64,000 nucleotides of DNA from Candidatus Latescibacterota bacterium (GTDB lineage: Bacteria > Latescibacterota > UBA2968 > GCA-2709665), in contig OZ244937.1 in NCBI GenBank assembly GCA_965222075.1, positions 3,488,001 through 3,552,000 on the forward strand. The letters are read 5' to 3'. The position numbers and the translations under genes are program-made. Below, piece by piece: positions 30,177 through 39,641 of this stretch; the first letter of the stretch is position 1, and every line of letters starts with the position of its first letter. The notes under the pieces were generated by a model. The model saw nothing but the letters and a program-made list of their open reading frames with translations. It ran no database searches and had not been told where the DNA came from.

Positions 30177-31988
30177 ATGAGCAAGTATCTTACACTGATC
30201 TTCCTCATCCTGCTCCCTGGCTTCCTCCCTGCCAAAGTCCTGGGCATAAACGACACCCTCAAGCGCGCAGCAGCCCTGGAAGCCAGTGGCGACCTCGACA
30301 ACGCCCTGGGCCTCTACCGTGCCCTCTATGCGCACTATCCCAGACGCGTCGACATCCTCTTCCGCCTGCAGAACCTCCTCTCCCGGATGGGGCAGCACGA
30401 CCAGGTCGTGCCCCTGCTTAGAGCACGCCTCAAAAGGGTCCCCCGGGATATCACCGCCCTCCTCAGGCTGGGCGATGCCCTCTACGCCCTGAGGCGCCAG
30501 GACGAGGCCTTTGAAACCTGGGACCGCATCCCGGAGGGCGCCACCGCTTCGGGGCCTTACAGCCGGGCGGCCAGCCGTTATAAGGCGAACAACCTCTATG
30601 CACGGAGCGCAGCGACCTACCGAAAAGCGCGCGAGGCCCTCGGCCCCCCCCACCTCTTTGCCCGGGAACTGGCAGAACTGGCAGAACGCCAGGCCCAGTA
30701 CCCCGAAGCCGTTTCGGAATACCTCCTCTACCTCCAGGAAAAACCGAAATACCTCCCCCTCATCGCATCCCGTTTCCGGAAATTCGCCCGAGAGGGAGAC
30801 GACCAGGAAAAGATTGTGGACCTCCTCGCAGAGGAAGTTCGAAAACACCCCGATGACAACGTCCGGCTCACCCTCTTGACCGAATACGCCCTCTCGGCCG
30901 GATATGCCGGATACGCCCTGCAGGTCTTAACCGAGCATCTGGGAGAGACTCACCGCCATCGGATCCTCCTTTTCCAAATCGCCTCACATGCCCTGAAGGA
31001 GGGGGACTACACCACCGCAGCGGTGGCCTATCAGACCCTCATCGGCCGTTTTGACAGATCCAAACCTCAGCCCCGGGCCCTGCTCGGACTGGCCCGGGCC
31101 GAGGGTGGACGCGGCCGGCCAGACCAGGCCCGGCGCCTCTACCGGGACCTCATCGACCGCTACCCCAATCGCCTCGAGGCCGACGAGGCCCGATACCGCC
31201 TTGGTCGGCTCCTGCACGAAGCCTATCAGGATTCCGGCAGGGCCTTGCAGACCTTCCAGGCGCTGGTCGAAGCAGACCGCCGCACCCCCTGGCGCTACCG
31301 GGCCCTTTTCGACATCGCAGAGGCCATGCTCCTGTCGGACCGGTTTGCCGAGGCCAAAGCCGCCTGTGTCCTCATTGTCCAGGAACGCCGGGGACATCAG
31401 GAAGCCGACGACGCCCGGCTCCGGATCGCCGAATGCCACTTCCTCGCCGGTGACTTCGACGCGGCCGAGGATCTGCTCGACCGCCTCCTCTCGGGTTCAA
31501 CGGCCCGCTATGCCCTCAACGACGCCCTCGCCCTCTCGGTCCTGATTCAGGACGGACGCCAGGGTGACCCGAATGCCCTCAAAGCCTACGCTGCCGTGTT
31601 GAGACTCAAACGCCAGCAGAAGTCCGAACGCGCGCTGGGTGCCTTTCAGGACTGGCTCAAATCTCACCCCAAATCGGCCCTCTTAGACCGGGCGCTGGCC
31701 CAACAGGTTGAACTCTTAGAGGCGCTCGAACGCTACCCGGAGGCCATCGGGGCCTGCCGTCGGTTGATCTCCGATGTCCCCTGGAGTCCGCTGTGCCCCT
31801 GGGCGCAGATGGCCCTGGCCCGGATCTACGGGGAGCGACTGGGGCAGGTCTACGACGCGCTGAACGCCTACGAAACCCTCCTGATCGAATACCCCCAAAG
31901 CCTGGAGGCCGACACCGCCCGGGATCGCCTGAAAGCCTTGCAGAAAAAGATCGAAGCACGCGAAGCTTCTCAGAAGGAAACCGGCTGA
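30177..31988 (+). CDS. Secreted tetratricopeptide-repeat protein
   Basis: Signal peptide and many TPR-like helical repeats (A..Y..LI.RYP). Confidence 0.85.
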   Translation: MSKYLTLIFLILLPGFLPAKVLGINDTLKRAAALEASGDLDNALGLYRALYAHYPRRVDILFRLQNLLSRMGQHDQVVPLLRARLKRVPRDITALLRLGDALYALRRQDEAFETWDRIPEGATASGPYSRAASRYKANNLYARSAATYRKAREALGPPHLFARELAELAERQAQYPEAVSEYLLYLQEKPKYLPLIASRFRKFAREGDDQEKIVDLLAEEVRKHPDDNVRLTLLTEYALSAGYAGYALQVLTEHLGETHRHRILLFQIASHALKEGDYTTAAVAYQTLIGRFDRSKPQPRALLGLARAEGGRGRPDQARRLYRDLIDRYPNRLEADEARYRLGRLLHEAYQDSGRALQTFQALVEADRRTPWRYRALFDIAEAMLLSDRFAEAKAACVLIVQERRGHQEADDARLRIAECHFLAGDFDAAEDLLDRLLSGSTARYALNDALALSVLIQDGRQGDPNALKAYAAVLRLKRQQKSERALGAFQDWLKSHPKSALLDRALAQQVELLEALERYPEAIGACRRLISDVPWSPLCPWAQMALARIYGERLGQVYDALNAYETLLIEYPQSLEADTARDRLKALQKKIEAREASQKETG

Positions 31989-31989
31989 A

Positions 31990-33297
31990 ATGAAAATAAA
32001 AAGAAGACAGAAGAAATACGGCTTCTTCCATTCTGTATTCTGTATTCTGTATTCTGTATTCCTTTCTCTTTTGGTAGCGCACCCCGCCGGGGCGGACAGG
32101 CTCCTCATTCCCATGGACCTGGAACAGGCCAACCACCTCAAGGCCTACGGCATCGCCTACTGGACGCTGCAGCGGAACCTCGACGTGGAATGGCTTCTCA
32201 ACTACCGCGGCGGCGCCTTTATGATGGACGCTGTGGACGCCGTCGGCCGGGAATGCCGGCTCCGAGATGTCACCTTCCTGCGCATCTCCGAGGCCCAGGC
32301 CGCCCGAATCTATGCCGAAATGGAAGCGGGCAACATGGACCCCATACACCTGGAAAAAGCGCCCAAAATCGCCGTCTACACCCCCCCCAATAAGCAACCC
32401 TGGGACGACGCGGTCACCTTAGCGCTCACCTATGCGGAGATCCCCTACGATACCCTCTGGGACGAACAGGTCCTCACCGGCAAACTCGCCGAATACGACT
32501 GGCTCCACCTCCACCACGAAGACTTTACCGGGCAATACGGAAAGTTCTACAAAAGCCACGGAAACCAGCTTTGGTACCGGCAACAGCAGGCGCAATTCGA
32601 AGCCCTCGCCCGCGGCCTCGAGTTTTCCAAGGTCTCCATTGAAAAGGGCGCCGTGGCCAGGGCCATCTTCGACTACATCCACAACGGCGGCTTCCTCTTT
32701 GCCATGTGCTCTGCCACCGACACCTTCGACATCGCCTTAGCCGCCTGGGGCGTGGACATCGTCGATTCGGTCTACGATGGAGATCCGCCCGACCCTCAAG
32801 CCCAGGAGAAACTCGACTTCTCTCGCACCGTCGCTTTCGAAAACTTCCAGTTAATCACCGACCCGATGGTATACGAATTCTCCGATATCGATGTCTCCCC
32901 CACAGAAATGGGCCAACCCCGCGGCCCCGAAGCCGATGCCTTCACCCTCTTTGAATTCTCGGCCAAATACGACCCGGTGCCCACCATGCTCACCCAGAAT
33001 CACGTCCCTGTTGTCCGGGGCTTTCTCGGGCAGACCACCGCCTTCCACAAGAGCCAAATCAAGAAACCGGTTACCGTCCTGGGCCAGGTCACCAGCACCG
33101 ACCAGGTCAAGTACATCCACGGCAACGTCGGCCGGGGGACCTTTACCTACCTTGCCGGACACGACCCGGAAGACTACCAGCACTTCGTGGGCGACCCACC
33201 CACCCAGCTCGTCCTGCGCAAGCACTCCCCCGGCTACCGGCTCATCCTCAACAACATCCTCTTCCCGGCTGCGAAGAAGCAGAAGCGAAAAACATAG
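31990..33297 (+). CDS. Conserved secreted protein of the FCB family often labelled asparagine synthetase B (GATase-like fold)
   Basis: LIPMD..Q.NHLKAYGIAYW, PWDDAVTLALTYAEIPY, WLHLHHEDFTGQYGKFY, FAMCSATD, GHDPEDYQH, ILFPAAKK. Confidence 0.8.
   Translation: MKIKRRQKKYGFFHSVFCILYSVFLSLLVAHPAGADRLLIPMDLEQANHLKAYGIAYWTLQRNLDVEWLLNYRGGAFMMDAVDAVGRECRLRDVTFLRISEAQAARIYAEMEAGNMDPIHLEKAPKIAVYTPPNKQPWDDAVTLALTYAEIPYDTLWDEQVLTGKLAEYDWLHLHHEDFTGQYGKFYKSHGNQLWYRQQQAQFEALARGLEFSKVSIEKGAVARAIFDYIHNGGFLFAMCSATDTFDIALAAWGVDIVDSVYDGDPPDPQAQEKLDFSRTVAFENFQLITDPMVYEFSDIDVSPTEMGQPRGPEADAFTLFEFSAKYDPVPTMLTQNHVPVVRGFLGQTTAFHKSQIKKPVTVLGQVTSTDQVKYIHGNVGRGTFTYLAGHDPEDYQHFVGDPPTQLVLRKHSPGYRLILNNILFPAAKKQKRKT
32030..32061 (+). 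repeat. Heptamer tandem repeat (ATTCTGT)4.6 inside the signal-peptide coding region
   Basis: Read directly. Confidence 0.95.
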
Positions 33298-33412
33298 AGG
33301 CCGTGACAAACGTGAAACCGCCCCCTCTATCCTACCCCAAAACCCTGGCTCTGGCTTCCGGAAGATGATGTGTAGGGACGTTTCACATTTCACATTCAAG
33401 GAACACACACCA

Positions 33413-34408
33413 ATGCCTGAAGAACAGAACGGCGACCTCGACGCCGTCGAAAAACTCAGAACTGCATACACCCGGATCGTCAACGAAATCGGCAAAGTCA
33501 TCGTCGGCCAAAAAGAGATCATCGACCAGCTCCTCATCGCCCTCCTCTGCGGTGGACACGGCCTGCTTATGGGTGTGCCCGGACTGGCCAAAACCCTTCT
33601 CATCAGCACCCTTGCCCGGTCGCTGAGCCTCGGTTTCAGCCGCATTCAGTTTACCCCGGACCTGATGCCCTCCGACATCACCGGCACCGAGGTTCTGGAA
33701 GAGGATCACACCACCGGCCACAAAGCTTTCCGCTTTGTCAAAGGCCCCATCTTCGCCAACATCATCTTAGCCGACGAAATCAACCGTACGCCCCCCAAAA
33801 CCCAGGCCGCCCTCTTACAGGCCATGCAGGAACACGAGGTCACCGCCGGCGGCGACACCTTTCGCCTCAGTGAGCCCTTTTTCGTTCTCGCCACCCAGAA
33901 CCCCATCGAACAGGAAGGCACCTATCCCCTCCCGGAGGCGCAACTCGACCGGTTCATCTTCAATCTGTGGATCGACTACCCTTCCCAAGAGGAAGAGAAA
34001 CAAATCGTTCGCACCACCACCAGCGCCTACACCGCCCATGTAAAACCGGTGCTCGACGCCCCACAAATCGTCAACCTCCAGCAACTCATCCGGAAAGTCC
34101 CCGTCGCCGACCACGTCATCGACTACGCCGTAGGCCTGGCGCGCAAAACCCGCCCCGGTGCCAACGGCGCTCCCGCCTACATTGCCGAACTGGTCAGTTG
34201 GGGTGCCGGCCCTCGGGCCTCCCAGTTCCTGATCCTGGGCGCCAAGGCCCGCGCCATTTTAGAGGGCCGCTACGCCGCTTCTATCGATGACGTAAAATCC
34301 GTCGCCATCCCCGTCCTCCGTCACCGCATCGTCACCAGCTTCAACGCCGAGGCCGAAGGCGTCACCGCTTTGGACATTGTCAAACGGCTGAGAGACGAAA
34401 CCACCTGA
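33413..34408 (+). CDS. MoxR-family AAA+ ATPase
   Basis: GVPGLAKT, RIQFTPDLMPSDITG, LADEINR, ATQNPIEQEGTYPLPEAQLDRF. Confidence 0.97.
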   Translation: MPEEQNGDLDAVEKLRTAYTRIVNEIGKVIVGQKEIIDQLLIALLCGGHGLLMGVPGLAKTLLISTLARSLSLGFSRIQFTPDLMPSDITGTEVLEEDHTTGHKAFRFVKGPIFANIILADEINRTPPKTQAALLQAMQEHEVTAGGDTFRLSEPFFVLATQNPIEQEGTYPLPEAQLDRFIFNLWIDYPSQEEEKQIVRTTTSAYTAHVKPVLDAPQIVNLQQLIRKVPVADHVIDYAVGLARKTRPGANGAPAYIAELVSWGAGPRASQFLILGAKARAILEGRYAASIDDVKSVAIPVLRHRIVTSFNAEAEGVTALDIVKRLRDETT

Positions 34409-34422
34409 TTTCGCAATTCCAC

Positions 34423-35319
34423 ATGCCCGACATCCGTGATTACCTCAGACCCGACGTTGTCGCCCGCATCTCCCGGCTGGACTTAGTCGCCCGGTTGGTG
34501 GTCGAAGGCTTCATCACCGGCCTCCACCAGAGCCCCTACCACGGCTTCTCCGTCGAATTCTCCGAATACCGGCAGTACATGCCCGGAGACCCCGTCCGGG
34601 ACATCGACTGGAAGGTCTACGGCAAGACCGATCGGCTCTACGTCAAACAGTACGAAGAGGAGACCAACCTCAAAGCCTATCTCCTCTTAGATGTGAGCGC
34701 CTCCATGGGCTACGGATCGGGCGGCCTGAACAAATTTCAATACGCAGTCTACACCGCCGCCGCCCTCGCCCACCTCATGCTGCGCCAGCGCGACGCCGTA
34801 AGTTTGGTCGCTTTTGACGCGGGCATCCAGAACTACATCCCCCCCCGCTCGGTGGGCAGCCACCTCCACACCCTCCTTCACGCCCTGCAGGAGGCCACCC
34901 CCAAAGGCACCGACACCGACCTTGCCCGGGCATTTCACGACCTCGCCGAACAGATCGTGCGCCGCGGCCTCATCATCGTCCTCTCCGACCTCTTAGACGA
35001 TCCCCAAACCCTCCTCTCCGGCCTCAAACACTTCCGGCACCGTAAGCACGAAGTGATCGTCTTCCACATCCTCGACCCCAGGGAACAGGACCTCGCCTTC
35101 GACCGCGAGACCCGCTTTGTAGACCTCGAATCCGGCGCCTGGGTCGCAACCGAACCCTGGCACATCGCCCCCGACTACCAGGCGCACATGGACGCATTGA
35201 TCGATCGCTTTCGCCGGGAATGCCGCGAAAGCCTCATCGACTACGTCCCCCTCGACACCACACACCCCTTCGACACAGCCCTCTTCAATTACCTTGCAAA
35301 ACGCAAACGCCTGATGTAA
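34423..35319 (+). CDS. DUF58 / vWA-like protein
   Basis: GLHQSPYHGFSVEFSEYRQY, IDWK, EEETN, LDVSASM, LSDL. Confidence 0.95.
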   Translation: MPDIRDYLRPDVVARISRLDLVARLVVEGFITGLHQSPYHGFSVEFSEYRQYMPGDPVRDIDWKVYGKTDRLYVKQYEEETNLKAYLLLDVSASMGYGSGGLNKFQYAVYTAAALAHLMLRQRDAVSLVAFDAGIQNYIPPRSVGSHLHTLLHALQEATPKGTDTDLARAFHDLAEQIVRRGLIIVLSDLLDDPQTLLSGLKHFRHRKHEVIVFHILDPREQDLAFDRETRFVDLESGAWVATEPWHIAPDYQAHMDALIDRFRRECRESLIDYVPLDTTHPFDTALFNYLAKRKRLM

Positions 35320-35326
35320 TATCACC

Positions 35327-35353
35327 GTAAGGGCACGGCATGCCGTGCACAAC
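35327..35353. repeat. GTAG-type REP-like palindrome
   Basis: GTAAGG-GCACGGCA/TGCCGTGC. Confidence 0.7.
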
Positions 35354-35374
35354 GTCGAACCCGGAGAAACCGTT

Positions 35375-36415
35375 ATGGATAAGGTAAGAATAGGCATCCT
35401 CGGCATCGGCAAGATGGGGCGCACCCACATCGAGGCGCTTCGGGACGTCGAGCGGGGAGAGGCGGTGGCCGTAACCGACCCGGCCCATTTCCCGGACGCC
35501 GGTCCGAATTTGGCCAGGGAGTACGGTCTGGATTACGAGGAAGACATCGACGCCCTGGTCGCCCGAAAGGATATTGACGCCGTCATCGTCACCACCCCCC
35601 ATGCGTTCCATGCAGCGCACGCGGTTCAGGCCTTCCAGGCCGGAAAACACGTACTCGTAGAGAAACCCCTGGAGTTAACCCTTGAGAAATGCAACCATAT
35701 CATCGAGGCGGCGGCCCTCGCAAAACGAAAGCTCATGGTCGCCCAGAGCCACCGCTACTGGGAGGGAGGCGCAATCGCCAAGCAGCTGCTAAAAGAGGGA
35801 GCCATCGGCAACCTGCTCATGTGCAGGGATGTACTGGCCGGGCCCGGATACCGGAAGTTCAACCCCGAAAAGGCCTGGTTCACGGACCTGAGCCTCTACG
35901 GCCCGGGCGGCCTGATCGCCTGGGGTGTCCACGACACGGACCGGCTGCGCTGGTGGTTTGACTCCGAAGCGGATACGGTCTTTGCCCATTCCTTTTCGCT
36001 GCGCACGGAAGTCCCGGACGATCGCACCTCGGATATGGTCATGATCACGTTTCAGAACGGCGGATGTGCCCACCTTTTGTACTCGGAAGCCCTCCCGCCC
36101 CCGGGCTGGAAGGGGTACTCCTGCCACGCCCAGCTGATCGGCGACGAAGGCTTGATGGACGTAGACCCCTACAATCAGGTCAGGGTCGCCCGGAAAGGAA
36201 CGGGCGAATGGGAGACCGTATACGACCACGCAGCGGTGGAGGATCCCCGCCAGAAGGCCTTCTCGGATGAGGTCCGGGACTTCGTCCGGTGCATCGTAGA
36301 CGACACCCCTCCCCCGGTAAGGGGCGCAGACGGCCGGGCCGCGGTGGAAATATGCCTGGCCGCCTACCGGTCTTCGGAAACGGGAGAGGCCGTAAAATTG
36401 CCTCTGGCAGATTAA
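35375..36415 (+). CDS. Gfo/Idh/MocA-family oxidoreductase
   Basis: GILGIGKMG, GKHVLVEKP, WGVHDTD, DGRAAVEI. Confidence 0.95.
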   Translation: MDKVRIGILGIGKMGRTHIEALRDVERGEAVAVTDPAHFPDAGPNLAREYGLDYEEDIDALVARKDIDAVIVTTPHAFHAAHAVQAFQAGKHVLVEKPLELTLEKCNHIIEAAALAKRKLMVAQSHRYWEGGAIAKQLLKEGAIGNLLMCRDVLAGPGYRKFNPEKAWFTDLSLYGPGGLIAWGVHDTDRLRWWFDSEADTVFAHSFSLRTEVPDDRTSDMVMITFQNGGCAHLLYSEALPPPGWKGYSCHAQLIGDEGLMDVDPYNQVRVARKGTGEWETVYDHAAVEDPRQKAFSDEVRDFVRCIVDDTPPPVRGADGRAAVEICLAAYRSSETGEAVKLPLAD

Positions 36416-36430
36416 AGGCCCATACCCATA

Positions 36431-36497
36431 GCACACGGCCGTGTGCCCCCGACATCCATGGTCAAATGACAAGGGGCGCACTGCTGTGCGCCCCTAC
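36431..36497. repeat. Two REP-like palindromes between convergent genes
   Basis: GCACACGGCCGTGTGC (36431-36446) and GGGGCGCAC-TGCT-GTGCGCCCC-TAC (36473-36497). Confidence 0.7.
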
Positions 36498-36547
36498 GAT
36501 ACATGAATCAAACACCTGGATACCGCCTCTCTCCCTCCCTACAAAGA

Positions 36548-37087
36548 TCAACCCACCGCCTGCCTCAAAAAATCGAGACTCCTGCCGGTCCAATTGCTCA
36601 AAATCACCTGGAACCGGATCAGGTGGACGTTGCCCTCTGCAATCTTATTGTTTACCTCCTGGGAAACGATCGGAATCTCAAACGCCGTCTCGCGCAAAAA
36701 GAGCTCAAAGGCCTCCTGGTACGCCTCCAAAGCCTCCTCGTACTCGGTGTGAAGAAGGCGGAGTTCCGCATTTTCAGGCCGAACCCCCCGGACCTGTTCC
36801 CGGAGGAGCTTCACGCGATTGATCAGGTTCACCGTATACTGCTGCGTCCAGTACTTCGACGCCTGCCCTCTCGTCCAGCTCTGTGAAATCACGGTATACT
36901 CACTGATCATCACCGCAACCGACTCAAACGACCTTTGCACATGACCTATATAGGCCTCTACCTCCGCACTCCGGACGAACACCATCTGCCCCTCAGGCGC
37001 CCCCGGCTCCGGCACCTCCGGACTGCTGGTTGGAGAGGAAGACCCGCATCCGACGCAGACCAGCAAGACCACCATCCAGCGTTTCAT
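36548..37087 (-). CDS. Hypothetical lipoprotein
   Basis: MKRWMVVLLVCVGC lipobox-like signal, GGAGG RBS, helical body. Confidence 0.7.
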   Translation of the reverse strand: MKRWMVVLLVCVGCGSSSPTSSPEVPEPGAPEGQMVFVRSAEVEAYIGHVQRSFESVAVMISEYTVISQSWTRGQASKYWTQQYTVNLINRVKLLREQVRGVRPENAELRLLHTEYEEALEAYQEAFELFLRETAFEIPIVSQEVNNKIAEGNVHLIRFQVILSNWTGRSLDFLRQAVG

Positions 37088-37154
37088 CGACCTCCAGCCC
37101 TTTCCATTTCGGATTGTGTATTGCTTCTTTCTCTTTTTTGGCGCCCAACCGCAA

Positions 37155-37445
37155 TTAACTCACCGGCTGTCTCCCCTCAGGCCGTTCCAATTCAACCTTG
37201 AGATCAAGAGCGTGACACACCTTCAGGAAGGTCGTCAAATTACAATTGATCCCATTTTCCACTTTCGACAATTGCTGCTGGGTGATCTTTGCTCTCCTGG
37301 CAACCTCCTTTTGAGAAAGGCCTACCTGCTCTCGCATACGATAGATTTGCAGAGACAGCTCTGTGAGTTGCTTCTCTTCTTCGTAGAATCGCCTGAATCC
37401 TTCATCTTTCAGCTTCTCTTTCAGATGACTTCTAAAGCTCTTCAC
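37155..37445 (-). CDS. XRE-family HTH antitoxin (HigA-like)
   Basis: MREQVGLSQKEVARRAKITQQQLSKVENG; overlaps the toxin 3' end. Confidence 0.88.
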   Translation of the reverse strand: MKSFRSHLKEKLKDEGFRRFYEEEKQLTELSLQIYRMREQVGLSQKEVARRAKITQQQLSKVENGINCNLTTFLKVCHALDLKVELERPEGRQPVS

Positions 37446-37821
37446 CGAGTTCCTCCTCCAATCGCTGCTGATCATATCGAGACAAGAAATCAGATCGATA
37501 CCACCTGGCAAGGTCAATTTCAGATTGCGGCACACGCTGGGTACGTTTCACAAACCCATGGGTCAAGACGATGAAGCCCCTGAAGCGAAAAAAGTAGAGA
37601 ATGCGCACCTGATCACCGGAGAGCTTCAATCTCAGTTCATGGATACCATCTTCCAGAAGGTCCGCATAGGGTCTGGGTAGATTTGGACCTTGTGCTTCCA
37701 ATTGGGCAATCCAGCTGAGCGTTTTAGCCTGATCGCGATCTTTCCGTGCATCCATGAACTCTTGGACGGGACAATGGCCAGTTTCAGCTTCATAGTAGAT
37801 GATGTGCCATTTGCGATCCAT
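37432..37821 (-). CDS. RelE/HigB-superfamily toxin (Gp49-like)
   Basis: CPVQEFM, GPNLPRPY, GIHELR, RILYFF, LTHGFVKRTQRVP. Confidence 0.9.
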   Translation of the reverse strand: MDRKWHIIYYEAETGHCPVQEFMDARKDRDQAKTLSWIAQLEAQGPNLPRPYADLLEDGIHELRLKLSGDQVRILYFFRFRGFIVLTHGFVKRTQRVPQSEIDLARWYRSDFLSRYDQQRLEEELGEEL

Positions 37822-37825
37822 GTTA

Positions 37826-37854
37826 AATATACATCATAAATGATGTTTCTTCAA
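37826..37854 (-). promoter_or_regulatory. Toxin-antitoxin promoter with palindromic operator
   Basis: Minus strand TTGAAG-N17-TATATT; ACATCAT-AA-ATGATGT (37831-37846) fills the spacer. Confidence 0.7.
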
Positions 37855-37878
37855 GATAAAAATCAGTCAGAGCTTAGA

Positions 37879-38082
37879 CTAATTACGCATTTTCTTAATC
37901 TCGTTGAGGATCTCGTCTAATGTCATATCCTTGAAAATTTGCTCCCGCTCTTGGGTATAATTGCCGTAACCTGTCGTAAATTGATTGATGAAACGTATCG
38001 TATTCGCAATACCAATCTCTTTGGAAAGCACTTCAAGGGCCTCTTTGGTTATTTCACTCAAAGCTTTTTCCTGAACTGTCAT
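37879..38082 (-). CDS. Small PIN-associated protein (putative antitoxin)
   Basis: ALEVLSKEIGIANTIRFINQFTTGYGNYTQER; ATGA overlap with the upstream PIN remnant. Confidence 0.7.
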   Translation of the reverse strand: MTVQEKALSEITKEALEVLSKEIGIANTIRFINQFTTGYGNYTQEREQIFKDMTLDEILNEIKKMRN

Positions 38083-38210
38083 CTCTCAATCTCCGATATG
38101 AGTTCGGTGGGAGAAACTACCTGCACTCGAAGATTTTCTAATGCCTCCGCTCGCCTCAGAAATCTATCATCACAGGTACAGAAATAATCTGCTCCTGCTT
38201 CTTCTGCTGT
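38079..38210 (-). pseudogene. C-terminal remnant of a PIN-domain toxin
   Basis: AEEAGADYFCTCDDRFLRRAEALENLRVQVVSPTELISEIER*; the N-terminal part is absent. Confidence 0.7.
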
Positions 38211-38424
38211 GTCTTGCTGTCCAGGGGGCGCTACAAGCTACAATTATCAAGATATATTTTCATAGTTTACAATATCATAGATGTATCGGGGCTTCTCTCC
38301 TAAAAGATACTGCCATCAAGGCCAAGAATCAAGGTAAAACATTCAACAAAGCAGTTGTCATGCGCCCTACACGCCCGCTCACCCGTCTCGCCTCCCCCGC
38401 CTTCGGGGCGCCTGCGGGCTGGTG

Positions 38425-38491
38425 CCCCCCCACCGCATCAGCCGTCGCCTGTCGGCTCGGCTTCTGCGACTCCCCCTCAAGGGGGGAGTAA
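38425..38491. repeat. Small palindromic interspersed element
   Basis: CCCCCCCACCGCATCAGCC...GGCTTCTGCG followed by the ACTCCCCC-TCAA-GGGGGGAGT hairpin; supplies the stop codon of the adjacent gene. Confidence 0.6.
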
Positions 38492-39346
38492 TGAGGGGGG
38501 GCCGTGAATTTCCGCCAGGTATCGTGTGACGTTGTGCTCAAGGGGGTAGGAGTAACCCAGATGAGCCCCAACTTCGGACGCCAATCGCCCGAATATTTCG
38601 GCTGTCTTAAACATAGCCTTCCAGTTCTCTTCCCGGTCTGCTCCCGCGAAAGTCGCCTCGATCTCCGACCACAGGTGGGGTTCCAGTTGTTTCTTGAACC
38701 ATCTGCCATAGGCCCCAGGATTTGACTTCCAGCTATTCTTCATCCCGAGATACCAGGCGATCACAGTTTTCAGATAGTGATGATGAAGAGAGTTGTCATG
38801 CATATACTTTGCAAAGAACAACTCGTCCCGGGATAAATACTTCGCTACGTAGGTGATATTCCACCAGAAATGGTGAACAAGCTTCTCGTATTCGGATTCA
38901 GTTGGCTGTTTTGTCCAATACTGAGTGTACGTCGGCGGAACCGCTCCTTGGGTAAGACCATCCTTGTCGACCAGGACGGTATACCCCATGTCGTTTGTAT
39001 AGCCTCCATATGTACTGATATCCTTTTCTATGGCTTCTGGCAACATGATGTGGAAATCAACCCTTGGGGCGTCCTTGAATATCACAAGGCGCCAAACATC
39101 GTTCTCGTCCCCAATAACCGGTTTATACGGTTCGCGGACCAGGACTTCCCCGAATACCTCCAGCCACCCGTCTCCTGCCAGAAATGGCTGTAGATCTTCG
39201 ACATATAGTTCGATGTCATAGTCTGACAAGGCGTCAACTGGTGCATTCGGATTCGCACGAGTGCTGGTAAGGATTGCTACTCGGACGTTCTCGTTATCTT
39301 CTGCCCAGTCCGATACTTCTCTTGCCATGTTTCGTGCATTGTGCAT
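38477..39346 (-). CDS. Aminoglycoside 6-adenylyltransferase (ANT(6)/AadK family)
   Basis: VRVAILTSTRANPNAPVDALSDYDIELYV, VLVDKDG, FWWNITYVAKYLSRDELFFA, GRWFKKQL. Confidence 0.88.
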   Translation of the reverse strand: MHNARNMAREVSDWAEDNENVRVAILTSTRANPNAPVDALSDYDIELYVEDLQPFLAGDGWLEVFGEVLVREPYKPVIGDENDVWRLVIFKDAPRVDFHIMLPEAIEKDISTYGGYTNDMGYTVLVDKDGLTQGAVPPTYTQYWTKQPTESEYEKLVHHFWWNITYVAKYLSRDELFFAKYMHDNSLHHHYLKTVIAWYLGMKNSWKSNPGAYGRWFKKQLEPHLWSEIEATFAGADREENWKAMFKTAEIFGRLASEVGAHLGYSYPLEHNVTRYLAEIHGPPSLLPP

Positions 39347-39393
39347 CCAGCCCTCGGTATATTGGACATTGGTGGGGTGGTGTGTGCGATTTC

Positions 39394-39509
39394 CGCTAAC
39401 GTTTCACGGTTTGCGAACCCCGAGCTCGGCCGCTGAGCCTGTCGAAGCGTGTCGAGGGGTTGCCGAAGGCCAAGGAGCCTGGCGCCGCAGTGCAAATCCG
39501 CTGTTATGC
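39394..39509 (-). mobile_element. Integron attC site 1 (116 bp)
   Basis: Minus strand GCATAAC-AG-CGGATTTGC...GCAAACCG-TGAAAC-GTTAGCG; imperfect palindrome with one bulged base. Confidence 0.8.
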
Positions 39510-39641
39510 ATTGTGCCGCTTGCGATCAGTCAAACCCATCAAGGGGCAGTAATCAGCCATGCAGTTTCCGTTTTTCATGTTTTTCGTCTTTTGGGGGTAT
39601 GGGGACTTCACTTCAGATCCTTCGGCATCATTATTTTCTCG

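Noticed and set aside
37801-37828. dif-like sequence ending ATGTTAAAT
   Set aside because: Only a partial XerD arm matches; it overlaps the toxin start and is far from the apparent skew switch.
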